Below are positions 36,025 to 45,797 of a stretch of 64,000 nucleotides of DNA, piece after piece. The DNA comes from a virus. How positions within the stretch are numbered: the stretch's first letter is position 1; each line of letters starts with the position of its first letter. The stretch covers positions 5,401 through 69,400 of IMG/VR virus record IMGVR_UViG_3300036861_000733; one strand, 5' to 3'. The notes under the pieces are model-generated. The model searched no databases, was not told the DNA's origin, and saw only the letters and a program-made list of their open reading frames with translations. The translations under genes and the position numbers were made by a program.

Positions 36025-36923
36025 CTCCAGTCCTCGATTTGGCTCTCTTCGTACTGCATCAGACACGCAAAGGCAAACGGTCCCATCTTCCCCCAATCAC
36101 CTTGCGTGTAGACCGCGCCGAGTTCGCCGATGTTCTCGCCGGCCTTTGTGACCAGCATGTCCCACCCCAACTTCGCCGCCTCGCCTTTCTTACCGACATT
36201 CCTCTTGACCCGGATCTCGGCCGCCCAATCGGCTGCCTCGTCCATCGTCTCGTTGCCACGGTAGGTAAAGTCACCAGTCGGTGCGTTGTCCGCCCAGATT
36301 GCCTTGGACCGTGCCAAGATCACGATGTTGACTGTCTTTTTGACGTCCGGGGCCAACAGCCTTCTCCACGCCTGGTTTATGAGGTTCTTGGAGTCACCAA
36401 AATCATTTGCTCTGCCGCCGACAATCCCACGTGCAGCAATCGACAACAGCTCTGAGAATTCTGTCCCTGTATCGTAGCAGATCGTTCGTATCAGCCCTTT
36501 TTTGGCTTGCGCAACTGCCAGCTCGTGGTTCTTGACGACCCTGCGCACCTGGTCTCGCGCAACCTTCATTGCTTCATCTTTGGCCAGACGCGCGATCGTG
36601 TCCGGAGATTCGATCTGTGTATAGATGATACGGCGGCCGGCCTTAACCGCCTTCTTGACCGTGCGCTCAGACCGGGAGTCAAAGCTGATAAAGGCAATGG
36701 GGTCTGGCGTGAAGAAGGCGCCAAAGTGTGTTTTGCCGACACCCGTCCTGCCAAAGACGAGGCAGACCGTTCGGAAGTGTTCCGATCCGCCGAGGACAAT
36801 GTAGTCACTGCCAGCAGGGATAATCGAGGACAGATTGGTGCTGTTGATTGGCTTGGCCATTTTATTAGATGTTCTCCTTTTACCTCTTTTACCGCCGTCG
36901 TCCGCCAAAATGTTCCAGTGCAA
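36021..36923 (-). CDS. P-loop ATPase, possibly a Sak4-like RecA-fold recombination ATPase
   Basis: Walker A GRTGVGKT near the N-terminus; Walker B-like ICYDTGTE. Confidence 0.55.
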   Translation of the reverse strand: MHWNILADDGGKRGKRRTSNKMAKPINSTNLSSIIPAGSDYIVLGGSEHFRTVCLVFGRTGVGKTHFGAFFTPDPIAFISFDSRSERTVKKAVKAGRRIIYTQIESPDTIARLAKDEAMKVARDQVRRVVKNHELAVAQAKKGLIRTICYDTGTEFSELLSIAARGIVGGRANDFGDSKNLINQAWRRLLAPDVKKTVNIVILARSKAIWADNAPTGDFTYRGNETMDEAADWAAEIRVKRNVGKKGEAAKLGWDMLVTKAGENIGELGAVYTQGDWGKMGPFAFACLMQYEESQIEDWR

Positions 36924-37107
36924 CCTCGATCACCTTGCGGTCTTCATCGTCCATATCATCGACGTTCTCCAGCACCCATCGTAAGTAGCTCGGGTCGCGC
37001 TTGGCGACGTCGATTACCTGGTCTCCTGGCTCATTCCTGATAGTCGATCTTGCAGGTCCGTATTTGCCGAAGAGAAAACGGCCGCTGTCGTCGAGCCAGG
37101 CGCGCAT
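36889..37107 (-). CDS. Hypothetical small protein
   Basis: ORF packed with its neighbours. Confidence 0.3.
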   Translation of the reverse strand: MRAWLDDSGRFLFGKYGPARSTIRNEPGDQVIDVAKRDPSYLRWVLENVDDMDDEDRKVIEVALEHFGGRRR

Positions 37108-37111
37108 GTTG

Positions 37112-37312
37112 CTAGTGCTCCTTCATCCCCGGCCACGGATAGGCCGGACTGCCGGCGAGCTTGTCCAAAAGTACGCAGGCGTGATAAAAGCCGGCGCGCT
37201 CAGTGTTCTCCTGTTGCATCTCCAGCTCCATGATTTCTAATCCCAGCACAACGCAGGCGCATACAAGCGCTGCGATAATGAGCTCCGACACGAACACGAT
37301 GAATCGTCTCAT
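37112..37312 (-). CDS. Small membrane protein, start trimmed
   Basis: Transmembrane segment LIIAALVCACVVLGL. Confidence 0.3.
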   Translation of the reverse strand: MRRFIVFVSELIIAALVCACVVLGLEIMELEMQQENTERAGFYHACVLLDKLAGSPAYPWPGMKEH

Positions 37313-37737
37313 CGTCCCTCCTCGGCAGCCCGAAGGGCGGCGAGCAATTCGCGGAACTCCTCTGGCAACCCTGGTTCCTGCTGCGCCATCGCACACACCT
37401 CCCGTCGCAGCCGGTCGAGCTTGGTGGCAGACTGGAGAGCAGGAGCGCAGAGGGCATCCTTGGCGCGCCGAAGATCGCCGACGCTGAAACGCGCGTAATC
37501 CGGCTCATCGTCGGTTCCAGCTTGCACAAGCGGAACCTCGGAATCATCGACGCCGGCTGCATCCCATACCTCGTACTCTGCGGCGAACGGCTTTAGCGCC
37601 TCCTGTGCCACCGCCAGCGCTGCCTCCAACTCAGCAACGCGCGCCAGTAACACCGCCATTCGCTGTTCTACTTGGTCCGTCTCTCGCCAATGCTCACGCA
37701 GCGCCGCGAGTCCGTCTTCGGGTCCGCTACCGAACAT
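37309..37737 (-). CDS. Coiled-coil protein
   Basis: Ala/Glu/Leu-rich heptads. Confidence 0.4.
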   Translation of the reverse strand: MFGSGPEDGLAALREHWRETDQVEQRMAVLLARVAELEAALAVAQEALKPFAAEYEVWDAAGVDDSEVPLVQAGTDDEPDYARFSVGDLRRAKDALCAPALQSATKLDRLRREVCAMAQQEPGLPEEFRELLAALRAAEEGR

Positions 37738-37755
37738 AGTCTGCTCTCCCCGTTT

Positions 37756-38319
37756 CTACCTTTCTGCCATTTCCGCCATCTCGTCACGATGCCTCAACAA
37801 CATCTTCCAACACCCTTTCAACTCCCGATCAGTAAACTCCCTTTCCCACACGCGATGGATGGGACCGCTTCCTCTGTAGTCACCATTCACGTGAGTAACG
37901 TTAACGCGGCCGAGATTCAGCCCCAATCTATGAAGATAGCCGGCTATCTGGACCCAATACCAGAGGAAGTTGTCGCTATCTGCTGGGTGTGTTGACGACA
38001 TCCATGTCAACTTGTCTTCTTCTACCGATCCTATCTTGACGCCAACGATATCAGGAGTTCCCGGAAAGTCGTCAACAATCAGCTCTCCAGGCTGTACGTA
38101 TTCATCTGGAAAATGCAGCGCGCGCATCTGCATCAAGGCGAACTCCATCGCCTTGCCAAGCTGCAATCGTGTCATGTTGATCGGAGAGGGCTTGAAATGA
38201 CCTAATCTCATAGCAAGGTCACGGATGACGTCGGACTGGTGAATGCCTGGGCTGCGATCCTTCATTGGAAGAAGGTACGGAATGCCTTCGGAAACGAGAC
38301 GGATAGGACTTTTAAACAT
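37756..38319 (-). CDS. Hypothetical protein, possibly a PD-(D/E)xK-type nuclease
   Basis: A D...E-x-K arrangement (PDIVGVKIGSVEEDK); weak. Confidence 0.35.
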   Translation of the reverse strand: MFKSPIRLVSEGIPYLLPMKDRSPGIHQSDVIRDLAMRLGHFKPSPINMTRLQLGKAMEFALMQMRALHFPDEYVQPGELIVDDFPGTPDIVGVKIGSVEEDKLTWMSSTHPADSDNFLWYWVQIAGYLHRLGLNLGRVNVTHVNGDYRGSGPIHRVWEREFTDRELKGCWKMLLRHRDEMAEMAER

Positions 38320-38358
38320 TGGACCTCAACGTCGGCATGGTCATCTCAGGTTTCAGAC

Positions 38359-38661
38359 TCATGGAACCTGGTACGCTTCTGGCCCGATCGCCGCTTCTGT
38401 CTCGGATGTGAAGGCAACGACGCCGCGGATCTGACAGCCGGGAATCGTATAGGCTTCCTGGTTGCCAACGACGCGTGCGCACCAGTTCGCCTGATCGGCG
38501 CCACGGACCTTGAAACCGAGGACCGCGGTATCTTCATAGATCGAAATCCAACCCACAAGCACCTGCGTTCGGAGGCCACTCGGGATTGGAAGCCAGTCCC
38601 TTATCAGGACGGCGCCGTAAAAATCTTTGATCTGGAAAGGGTGTTGACTTTCCTTTTTCAT
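38359..38661 (-). CDS. Hypothetical protein
   Basis: ORF packed with its neighbours. Confidence 0.4.
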   Translation of the reverse strand: MKKESQHPFQIKDFYGAVLIRDWLPIPSGLRTQVLVGWISIYEDTAVLGFKVRGADQANWCARVVGNQEAYTIPGCQIRGVVAFTSETEAAIGPEAYQVP

Positions 38662-38677
38662 AGGACTCTCCGTACGG

Positions 38678-39019
38678 TTATCGAACGACTCTCTGCCATC
38701 GCCGCTCGATCTCCGTCGTCACTTGCATAACATCATGCGCGTGCAACGCCTTGCTCCATTGTTTGTTGAACACCAACTTGGCGGATGGCGGCCACCACTC
38801 TGCTCTGTCAAACGCCGTCCGAAAAATCCAATGGTGTCCGTCGTTGTTAATTTGCAGAAGGATACGTCGGTCTCGGCACCATCCTTCTACCCATTCACGA
38901 TGTTCGAGTGCGATTCCGAGCCTCCTTCTATGGCGCTCGCTGTTTGGTTCGTTCGGATCGAAGGGCGCCAACTTGCTTGGGCCGAGCGACCGAACATCAT
39001 CAAACCGGCGGTTCGTCAT
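38678..39019 (-). CDS. Hypothetical protein
   Basis: ORF packed with its neighbours. Confidence 0.4.
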   Translation of the reverse strand: MTNRRFDDVRSLGPSKLAPFDPNEPNSERHRRRLGIALEHREWVEGWCRDRRILLQINNDGHHWIFRTAFDRAEWWPPSAKLVFNKQWSKALHAHDVMQVTTEIERRWQRVVR

Positions 39020-39267
39020 AGAAGGACGTTGCTGATCGTCTACGTCGTCGTCTACGAGCCGAGCGGCTTGCCGTGTTCTGGCGGTCTCTTGATCTGGAGA
39101 TCGAACTGCCGCCAGAGAATCGCCTCGTCGATCTTGGTGACGACAAGTGAAAGCTCTCGGCTCTTTGCCAAGTCCTCCAGCGCTGCCGCCCGCGCCTCGC
39201 GCAGGCGTCCCAGAATGGTATCGTTCATCTTTGTCTCTCCTCTCTTATCTCGTGCTCCGATCGTTCG

Positions 39268-40506
39268 TTACTTGGGCAGCGAGAACGTCGCCGTCTTCGG
39301 GTCGAAGTCGTAAGGGCGCAGCAGCTCACCCTTTTTGTTGGTTGCGGTCAGGTACTTCACGTTGTTCAGAAGCGCGATGGCCTCCGAGCGGTCCTTCTTG
39401 TTGTCGAACTCCGCCGAGACGAGCGGGGCGATGTTCGGCTTGCGACCGCCCGTCTTCTTGAACTTGGGCAGCGACAACACCTTCACGACCGCGTCGTCGA
39501 AGCGATCCTCCATGCTGGCGTCGCTGGCGTCTTCCTCGGTCTCGTCCTCCTCCTCACTCTCGTCGGCCGCTTCATCCTCCTCTGTCTCCTCTTCGGCTTC
39601 TTCGCCCTCGGCTTCCTCGGCCTCCTCCGTCTCCTCCTCCTCGTCCTCCTCTTCGGGCTCCGGCGCGGGCTTCTTGCCACGACGGGCAGGCGCGGGTGCA
39701 GGTGCCGCCTTCCGCTTTGCCGGGCGGCCCTCCGGCTCGTCCTCGGCCTCGTCCTCGTCATCCTCTCCGCCACCAACGTCACGATGCTCGACGTACTCGG
39801 CCAGGACGAACACGGTCTTCTCGAAGCCGCCCTTCTTGGTCTTGGCGTTGTCCTCACCTGCACCCGCACCTGTCAGATCGCCGACACCGACGCCTGAGTT
39901 CAGGCCACCGCGCTCGGGCTGCTTCACCCGCACCCAATAGCCGTAGGTGCCGTCGAGGAAGCTGAACGCAGGGCCGATGAGCTTTGCCGGAAACTTGGCG
40001 TCGGCGAGGGCGTCGTAGAAAATCTTCCAGTTGCTGTTCTTGGAGATTTTCTGCCCCGGAGTGACAGGCGCCAAACAAACCCCTTCCAGCTCGTCGAGGT
40101 CGATGTCGTCCGGAACCTCACCGTTGGCGAGTGCTGCGTAGTCCTCGAAGCTGGCGCCGACAGCGGTTTTGCCATCGTTTGACGGTACGAGGAACGTGAG
40201 GTTACCGAGGCTGATGTAGACAGGGTCCATTCCGTCATCCCACCCGCTGCCGGGATCGGGTTGCATGTCGAGACGGACGGCCAGCGAGTACTTCGGCTGT
40301 GTGCCGTTGTAGTTCGTTGCGACCGCCCGCGCCTTGAGGACGGTGGCGTACAGGTTCTCGGGAAGTCCGGAGCTGAACTCTCCGAGCGAAACGCCGCCGA
40401 TAGCTGCTGCCGCTTGATCTTTTGAACTTGAACGTGTGCCTGTGGCAGGGCGGCGCGACGGCGGCGCTGATCTGCCAGCCGGCCGGCCCGTTGTGCGAGT
40501 TACCAT
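39268..40506 (-). CDS. Protein with a 90-residue poly-acidic internal segment and a basic C-terminal domain
   Basis: An EDDEDEAEDEPEG...EEEDEEEETEEAEEAEGEEAEEETEEDE run. Confidence 0.5.
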   Translation of the reverse strand: MVTRTTGRPAGRSAPPSRRPATGTRSSSKDQAAAAIGGVSLGEFSSGLPENLYATVLKARAVATNYNGTQPKYSLAVRLDMQPDPGSGWDDGMDPVYISLGNLTFLVPSNDGKTAVGASFEDYAALANGEVPDDIDLDELEGVCLAPVTPGQKISKNSNWKIFYDALADAKFPAKLIGPAFSFLDGTYGYWVRVKQPERGGLNSGVGVGDLTGAGAGEDNAKTKKGGFEKTVFVLAEYVEHRDVGGGEDDEDEAEDEPEGRPAKRKAAPAPAPARRGKKPAPEPEEEDEEEETEEAEEAEGEEAEEETEEDEAADESEEEDETEEDASDASMEDRFDDAVVKVLSLPKFKKTGGRKPNIAPLVSAEFDNKKDRSEAIALLNNVKYLTATNKKGELLRPYDFDPKTATFSLPK

Positions 40507-40575
40507 TTGCCTGTGTCCTTTCTATCGGTAGGTTTGTGAGTGTCACGAGAAAACTCCGGTAAGTGCGCGCGGTTG

Positions 40576-42186
40576 TCACGGAGCGCGCGATCTCTGCGAT
40601 ACCGACCCGTGCAACGCTGGCGGTCCTGGGATCGGCTCGCCAGGTGCCAACTGTCGCCAGGCGGCCCTGAAATAACCAGGGAACGCCCCCTGCATCCGGA
40701 AATGGCGCCAGTGAGCATCACTGATGAACGTGTAACCCCAATCCGTCGTCGATCGGTTGATCCGCCCTGCCGTCTGTTGCAATGATACGGCAACCAAGTC
40801 AATCAGATACCGTTTGTCGCGCCTGGCACGCGCCTTGGTAAGTGGCTCTTTGGCATAGACATATGGCACTCTGAACAGATACTGGAAGCGCGCCAGGTCT
40901 CCAGGGAAGTCATGCCCCTCTTCGACAATCGGCGACACCAGTACGCACGGCGCTTTTGAGAGCTTGAATGCCGAGAGCGCTTCGTCTTTGGTGTTCTTAC
41001 GATGTGTTAACAACAATTCACGGTGTCTGGATGTCTTGAATATCATCTCTGCGTAGTCGTACGATCTGGAGTGAACGATTCCCTTGAAGCCCTGCCATCT
41101 GTCGATGACAGAATCAATCCTATTGACAACGATTTTCAGTTCACCCTCGCTCATTTTGCTGTCAATGTTGATCGGTGGCGAGGTTGGTGCGTAGATGAAC
41201 GGCCGCAGTCGCGCCGGGAACGTCGATGGCAGCTCCTGGAACTCGAACTCCCCGGCACCGATTCCAAGTCGTGGCGCATCCGCCTTCGACAACGTTGCCG
41301 AGCATAGAACCACCCGCCCAATCCCACGAAACAGATGGCTCTCGGCATAATCGCCTGACCAGACAGGGCAGAGGCGTGCGAATCGGCGATTGTGATTATG
41401 ACTGTTTTCCGCAACAACCCACTCCCGCTTGCGCTCGGTCGTCTCAGCCGACAAGCGCGCCAAATCCCTTCCAAGCTTGGTCAGGCGCGCCAACGTCCGG
41501 CTATCTCCACGCGCGTCACGGTGGGCAGCATACTTCTCCCTCGCAAGCGGCAGCATCTCGGCAGCCCACTCGACCCACCCGTCGATCGTCTCGGCGGAAG
41601 AACCGGATGGGAGTTGTCGGCCAAGGAGCGCGCCGATCACCGAGGCGTGGAACTTGACACCGACCAGGGAAACGAAATGATCGGAATAGACGAGGGTATG
41701 CGCCTCATCCAAGACGATCAAATCGAACTCGCCAAGTCGGCTCGGGTCGCCGGCAAGCGCCATCGTAACCCAATGAGCATAGTTCGTAACTACGCAGGAG
41801 GATTGTCGCGCCGTCTCGATGTCAGCCCAATAGCCGCATGTGCCAGACTGTCGTGCTGTGCATTGGAGGTCGGCCAGCTCGCCGGTGTCGTCGAGAGACA
41901 AGGTGGCACACGGGTAGTTGGAGTGGCCGCGCGTGTCGGCCAATCCAATTGGTTGCCAGTCGAGCATCAGTTGCGACTGGAGGGGTTTGGTGACGACTAG
42001 GATGAGAACGCGGGCGCCAAGAGCCCGGGCCGCGGCGATGTAGATGGCCGATTTGCCGCTGCCGGTTGGTGCGCGGAGGAGGTCAAAGCGACGCGAGTTG
42101 GAAACGAGAGATTCGATGGCCGACAGTTGGCCGGTGCGGAAGGCCACAAACTTTGGCGGCAGGTTGAGAGTGGCGGGAGTCAACAT
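40576..42186 (-). CDS. SF2 DEAH-box helicase with a Cys cluster between Walker A and Walker B, possibly DinG/Rad3-like
   Basis: Walker A APTGSGKS and DEAH box VLDEAH; Cys cluster YPCATL...LQCTARQSGTCGYW. Confidence 0.7.
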   Translation of the reverse strand: MLTPATLNLPPKFVAFRTGQLSAIESLVSNSRRFDLLRAPTGSGKSAIYIAAARALGARVLILVVTKPLQSQLMLDWQPIGLADTRGHSNYPCATLSLDDTGELADLQCTARQSGTCGYWADIETARQSSCVVTNYAHWVTMALAGDPSRLGEFDLIVLDEAHTLVYSDHFVSLVGVKFHASVIGALLGRQLPSGSSAETIDGWVEWAAEMLPLAREKYAAHRDARGDSRTLARLTKLGRDLARLSAETTERKREWVVAENSHNHNRRFARLCPVWSGDYAESHLFRGIGRVVLCSATLSKADAPRLGIGAGEFEFQELPSTFPARLRPFIYAPTSPPINIDSKMSEGELKIVVNRIDSVIDRWQGFKGIVHSRSYDYAEMIFKTSRHRELLLTHRKNTKDEALSAFKLSKAPCVLVSPIVEEGHDFPGDLARFQYLFRVPYVYAKEPLTKARARRDKRYLIDLVAVSLQQTAGRINRSTTDWGYTFISDAHWRHFRMQGAFPGYFRAAWRQLAPGEPIPGPPALHGSVSQRSRAP

Positions 42187-42354
42187 ACTGGACGGTTCAT
42201 TCTTACGTCAGTTCGGTTTGCTGTCTTGTTTGGCCAACCGTTGCCAACCTTCGACGACCGAGCGAGGCGTACCTTTTTCGACATGAATCAGGCGCGTCTT
42301 GGTCTGTTCGTCTGCTGCCCCTTTCGCTGACGCAGATGGTTCGGGCATTTGGTG

Positions 42355-42564
42355 CTATGCTTCCTCTTCTTCGTAGAACAGCACCTCGGCGACTTTGACG
42401 AGCCGATATCTGCGCTTTGGTATTGGCCGATCGACGATCAGATGATCTTGTTCGGCAAATCTGATCGGCGGCTGTCCGTAGCACGGCAGTTCAAAGATTG
42501 CCTCGTGACGTGGCACCTCGATCTGCTGCGTACACCCATCCAGAGTCCGGAGGATTGCCAACAT
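42355..42564 (-). CDS. Small protein driven by the minus-strand promoter of the switch region, with a short leader
   Basis: ATG about 10 nt downstream of the predicted -10 and no Shine-Dalgarno. Confidence 0.3.
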   Translation of the reverse strand: MLAILRTLDGCTQQIEVPRHEAIFELPCYGQPPIRFAEQDHLIVDRPIPKRRYRLVKVAEVLFYEEEEA

Positions 42565-42575
42565 GGTTCCGGTAC

Positions 42576-42690
42576 TAGAGCACAGCCGCTAGGTGCCTGT
42601 CAAGCCCCCATACACAAGCCCTCCGTCCGACCGGGTCCAGACGGCGGGGCTTGACACGCCCCTACCTTATCTAGTACTGTCCTCGCCGCG
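42576..42690. promoter_or_regulatory. Divergent promoter or switch region holding two copies of the conserved element
   Basis: Minus strand: ATGGGGGCTTGACA-GGCACCTA. Plus strand: GCGGGGCTTGACA-CGCCCCTA at 42646-42664, with the ATG at 42691 and no Shine-Dalgarno. Confidence 0.55.
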
Positions 42691-43089
42691 ATGGGACGCC
42701 GCAACCCCAAGCAGCCGGCACCGGAGCCCTCGACGCCCATCCGCCCTCTGACCAAGGCCCGGTTCGCCGCCCTCGACAAGATCCTCGGTCCAGGTAAACG
42801 ATATCGAATCGCCAAGACGGCGTGTCTTCATCGGCGACATGTGAGTCGCGTCATTCAAGGGTACAATCGCGCCAGCTTCGAGGCGATGACGCGGATCGCG
42901 GATGCGGCAGGGATCGGATTGGATGATCTCCGCGCATACATTGCGACGGTGAGGTTGAAACGAGAACAGGCGGAGGCACGGCGCGAACGTGAGGCGACGA
43001 AGATGGCGATAAAGGCAACGGCGAAGACGACGGCAGCAAAGACGACGGCGGCAAAGATAACGGCGACGAATGAGGTGGCAGCGTCGTGA
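42691..43089 (+). CDS. HTH (XRE/Cro-CI-like) DNA-binding regulator with an Ala/Lys/Thr-rich C-terminal tail
   Basis: KRYRIAKTACLHRRHVSRVIQGYNRASFEAMTRIADAAGIGLDDL is a helix-turn-helix. Confidence 0.6.
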   Translation: MGRRNPKQPAPEPSTPIRPLTKARFAALDKILGPGKRYRIAKTACLHRRHVSRVIQGYNRASFEAMTRIADAAGIGLDDLRAYIATVRLKREQAEARREREATKMAIKATAKTTAAKTTAAKITATNEVAAS

Positions 43090-43343
43090 GCAACCCACAA
43101 CCCGTTCCAACCATCCTCGTCCCTCTCGAAGCACTGGAGAGTCTGTTGGAAGCCGGCACCGCGCATCTCGTCAGTCAGCAAGCGCGAGGTGTGCTATTGG
43201 AAGAGAGAGCAAGTGAATTCAGGAAGACGTTACGTGAGATGCACAGTTTGTTGGCGTTGGCAAAGTTCGATGCGCGTTTCCCGACTGCGGCACGACCGAT
43301 GAACGGGGAAAGGTTAAAGGAAAAGGAAGAGATATCAGAATGA
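43086..43343 (+). CDS. Hypothetical protein
   Basis: ATGA overlap with the upstream gene. Confidence 0.4.
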   Translation: MSNPQPVPTILVPLEALESLLEAGTAHLVSQQARGVLLEERASEFRKTLREMHSLLALAKFDARFPTAARPMNGERLKEKEEISE

Positions 43344-43759
43344 GCAACACAAACATCAATGACATCAACCCGAACCTCGATCGTGAGCTACAGCAGATCG
43401 ACGCCGCACTCGCTCGCGCCTGCGATGCACTGGAGAGCGATTCCGACTTCGACAGCCGCCGCGCTGCGTTCGAGCAGATCCAAGAGCTGTACGAGCCAGG
43501 GAGGCTGATGTGCGAAATCGCCAGAGTAAGACTAACCACTCCGGCCGCTCCGACTGCAAATAGCAGACTAGTGTTGGAGCCTAACGATCGTGTCTACCAT
43601 CGTCACAAGGATCTGTTCGGAAAAGTGGTCAGTGTTGCGTTCAGCAGCGTGTACGGAGAGATGGTAGCTTTCGTCAAGTACGAGCCGCCATGGGATCAGA
43701 GGCTGCCGGCTTACGGCGTTCCTTTTTCCGAACTCCGACCTGCCAATCAGATCGAATAG
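43340..43759 (+). CDS. Hypothetical protein
   Basis: ATGA overlap with the upstream gene. Confidence 0.4.
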   Translation: MSNTNINDINPNLDRELQQIDAALARACDALESDSDFDSRRAAFEQIQELYEPGRLMCEIARVRLTTPAAPTANSRLVLEPNDRVYHRHKDLFGKVVSVAFSSVYGEMVAFVKYEPPWDQRLPAYGVPFSELRPANQIE

Positions 43760-44298
43760 AGTCCGCCCAACACCTGCCTAAATCTCTCTTCAAACTGTCC
43801 AGGTTTCGTAGCGCCGAGCGACGAGTTATACCGTCGTTTGTGCAGCACCGCCATCCCTGCAACATCATCCGCTGCCGGCAGCTTATCTGGAAACCTGTAA
43901 TAATGCACGCGACAGATCGCACATGCGTAAAACAGGTTCCCAACAAGCTGATCGACTAACGGCAAACCGTCCGCCGTTAGCATCATGACCTTTGCTCTGA
44001 GGTCAGGCTTGAACTTCAGGAAGTTGGCGTGAATGTCGTTGTGAGTTGCTGGCTCGCACTGCCACAAGCCAAGCGCAGGACCACTGCCAAGTTGACGGAG
44101 ATAGCGGAACCCGTCACTTTCCAGTGCGGCCGTTCCCATAACCAAACGTTCGGCCGATTCACTCCACAGCGCCAGTCGTCGAAGAGTTGGTGCAACGACG
44201 TAATCGCGGAGCTGGCGAGGATCGAGGCCGTAAGTTGTCATCAGCGCCAGACGGCAGTAAAAGCTAAGGCGAGTTTCCAAACAAAAACTGCGATACAA
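43747..44298 (-). CDS. Hypothetical protein
   Basis: Terminal gene of the minus-strand block. Confidence 0.4.
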   Translation of the reverse strand: MYRSFCLETRLSFYCRLALMTTYGLDPRQLRDYVVAPTLRRLALWSESAERLVMGTAALESDGFRYLRQLGSGPALGLWQCEPATHNDIHANFLKFKPDLRAKVMMLTADGLPLVDQLVGNLFYACAICRVHYYRFPDKLPAADDVAGMAVLHKRRYNSSLGATKPGQFEERFRQVLGGLYSI

Positions 44299-44374
44299 AC
44301 AATAGCCATAACGGTGAAGGCACCTGCGAAGAACCAGGTGTCTAAACTACCTGTATCTTTATGCTCGACTGCCA

Positions 44375-45394
44375 TTACAACAGCTCCAAACCTGTCGCTC
44401 CGTGACGCACGTGGTACAGGATGTCGCCCTGCGGCAGCACGTGAGTCTCGTCTGACAGCGGGGCACCACTGACTTCGCCACCGGCGATCAGGCGCTGGTC
44501 GTCTTGCAAACAGTGGAGTCGATACGGCTTCTGCCGCCAGGCCCTTTCCTTGCCTGCCCAGACGGCCGGCGACGGCCCGATGCACCAGGGTTCACCGCCT
44601 TCATCGCAACCGGCCGCCGAGATCCCTACTGTATTACCACCTTCTTGACTCTCAATCCAGACCGCAACACCGTGCGAGGTCCGGTAGTAGTGCGTCGGGG
44701 CGATCGTTCCCCATTTGGGCGCATCGCGGACGGACGTGCTCACGGAATCCCGCACGGCACCGATCGCGCTTGTCTGGATCTCGGGCGCGAGAGCGAGGAG
44801 CTGGCGCGACAGATCCCCCTCCGGCGCCTTGTTCTGCGGTCCTTTGTACTTGAACGGCTTGACCCACCGGAACGGTTTGCCAATGGCAAGTGTTAGTGCG
44901 AAATCGGATTGTACCGGATCTAGAGGATGACCGGAACTCCGAGCGCCGCAGCGTACGGACTGGAAGCCGAAAGGGCGCTCCACGCTGGCGAGGACTTCCA
45001 ACGTCCAATATAGCCGAAGCCAGTCGTGCAGGAAGTCGCGCAACCAGACGGGAGAACTCGGTGCGCTCGCCCATCGGTACGCTAGCAGGTGCGCCCGCAG
45101 CGTCCGGCTCCGGTAGATCCGGCTGCCGGGTTCGATGTCCTCGAACGCCGCCTTGCTACGTTCCGCCTGCCATTCCCATGCCTTCAACGTCCGCTCAAGC
45201 GTGTCTTGGCGGTAGAGGCGAAGGGCATTCTTTTCGGCCGCGATGTTGGGTGAGCCGCCGATTGTTGGCCACTCGTGCGGGAACCGACTCAAAAAATCAA
45301 GTGGCGGACAGGGGCGACCGGCGAGGATCGCGTTGATTGCATCGTCGCGGGCCGTGTCAAAGTCGTTGTCACTCAGACGGCTGGAATTTGGCAT
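44375..45394 (-). CDS. Hypothetical protein, start trimmed from 45508
   Basis: The N-terminal 38 codons of the track ORF are Arg-rich. Confidence 0.4.
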   Translation of the reverse strand: MPNSSRLSDNDFDTARDDAINAILAGRPCPPLDFLSRFPHEWPTIGGSPNIAAEKNALRLYRQDTLERTLKAWEWQAERSKAAFEDIEPGSRIYRSRTLRAHLLAYRWASAPSSPVWLRDFLHDWLRLYWTLEVLASVERPFGFQSVRCGARSSGHPLDPVQSDFALTLAIGKPFRWVKPFKYKGPQNKAPEGDLSRQLLALAPEIQTSAIGAVRDSVSTSVRDAPKWGTIAPTHYYRTSHGVAVWIESQEGGNTVGISAAGCDEGGEPWCIGPSPAVWAGKERAWRQKPYRLHCLQDDQRLIAGGEVSGAPLSDETHVLPQGDILYHVRHGATGLELL

Positions 45395-45401
45395 ACCGAT
45401 C

Positions 45402-45782
45402 TCACTCCTGCGACTCCTGCGATCGCATGAACGACAGCGTACATCCGATCGCCGGATACGCCTGGCTGCCGTCAATCCCGGTTGTGTCATAGCGCACGAC
45501 CAGGCCAATGGCTACAGCAATGACCGGCCCGCCGCCATCTCGGCTTGGCACCCAGGCGAGCCCGGTGCCAAGCGTCTCAGCGCCCAGGACCGCCACCCAG
45601 GAGAGCTTGCGCCAGCGTTCGAGGGCTAGGCCGGCGCCGATGTCGCAGCCCGGCTGGTCGCTGTCGGTGTCGGTCGTGCGGACGATGCACCAGGCGCCGG
45701 CTGAGAGAGGCGAGGGCCGATCGGGCTCCTGAGCAGCAAGCGGAGTGGCCACAAGGAGGAACGCGATGAGTCCGAACTTCAT
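45402..45782 (-). CDS. Secreted protein with a signal peptide
   Basis: MKFGLIAFLLVATPLAAQE. Confidence 0.45.
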   Translation of the reverse strand: MKFGLIAFLLVATPLAAQEPDRPSPLSAGAWCIVRTTDTDSDQPGCDIGAGLALERWRKLSWVAVLGAETLGTGLAWVPSRDGGGPVIAVAIGLVVRYDTTGIDGSQAYPAIGCTLSFMRSQESQE

Positions 45783-45797
45783 GGGCCTCAGCCCCGG

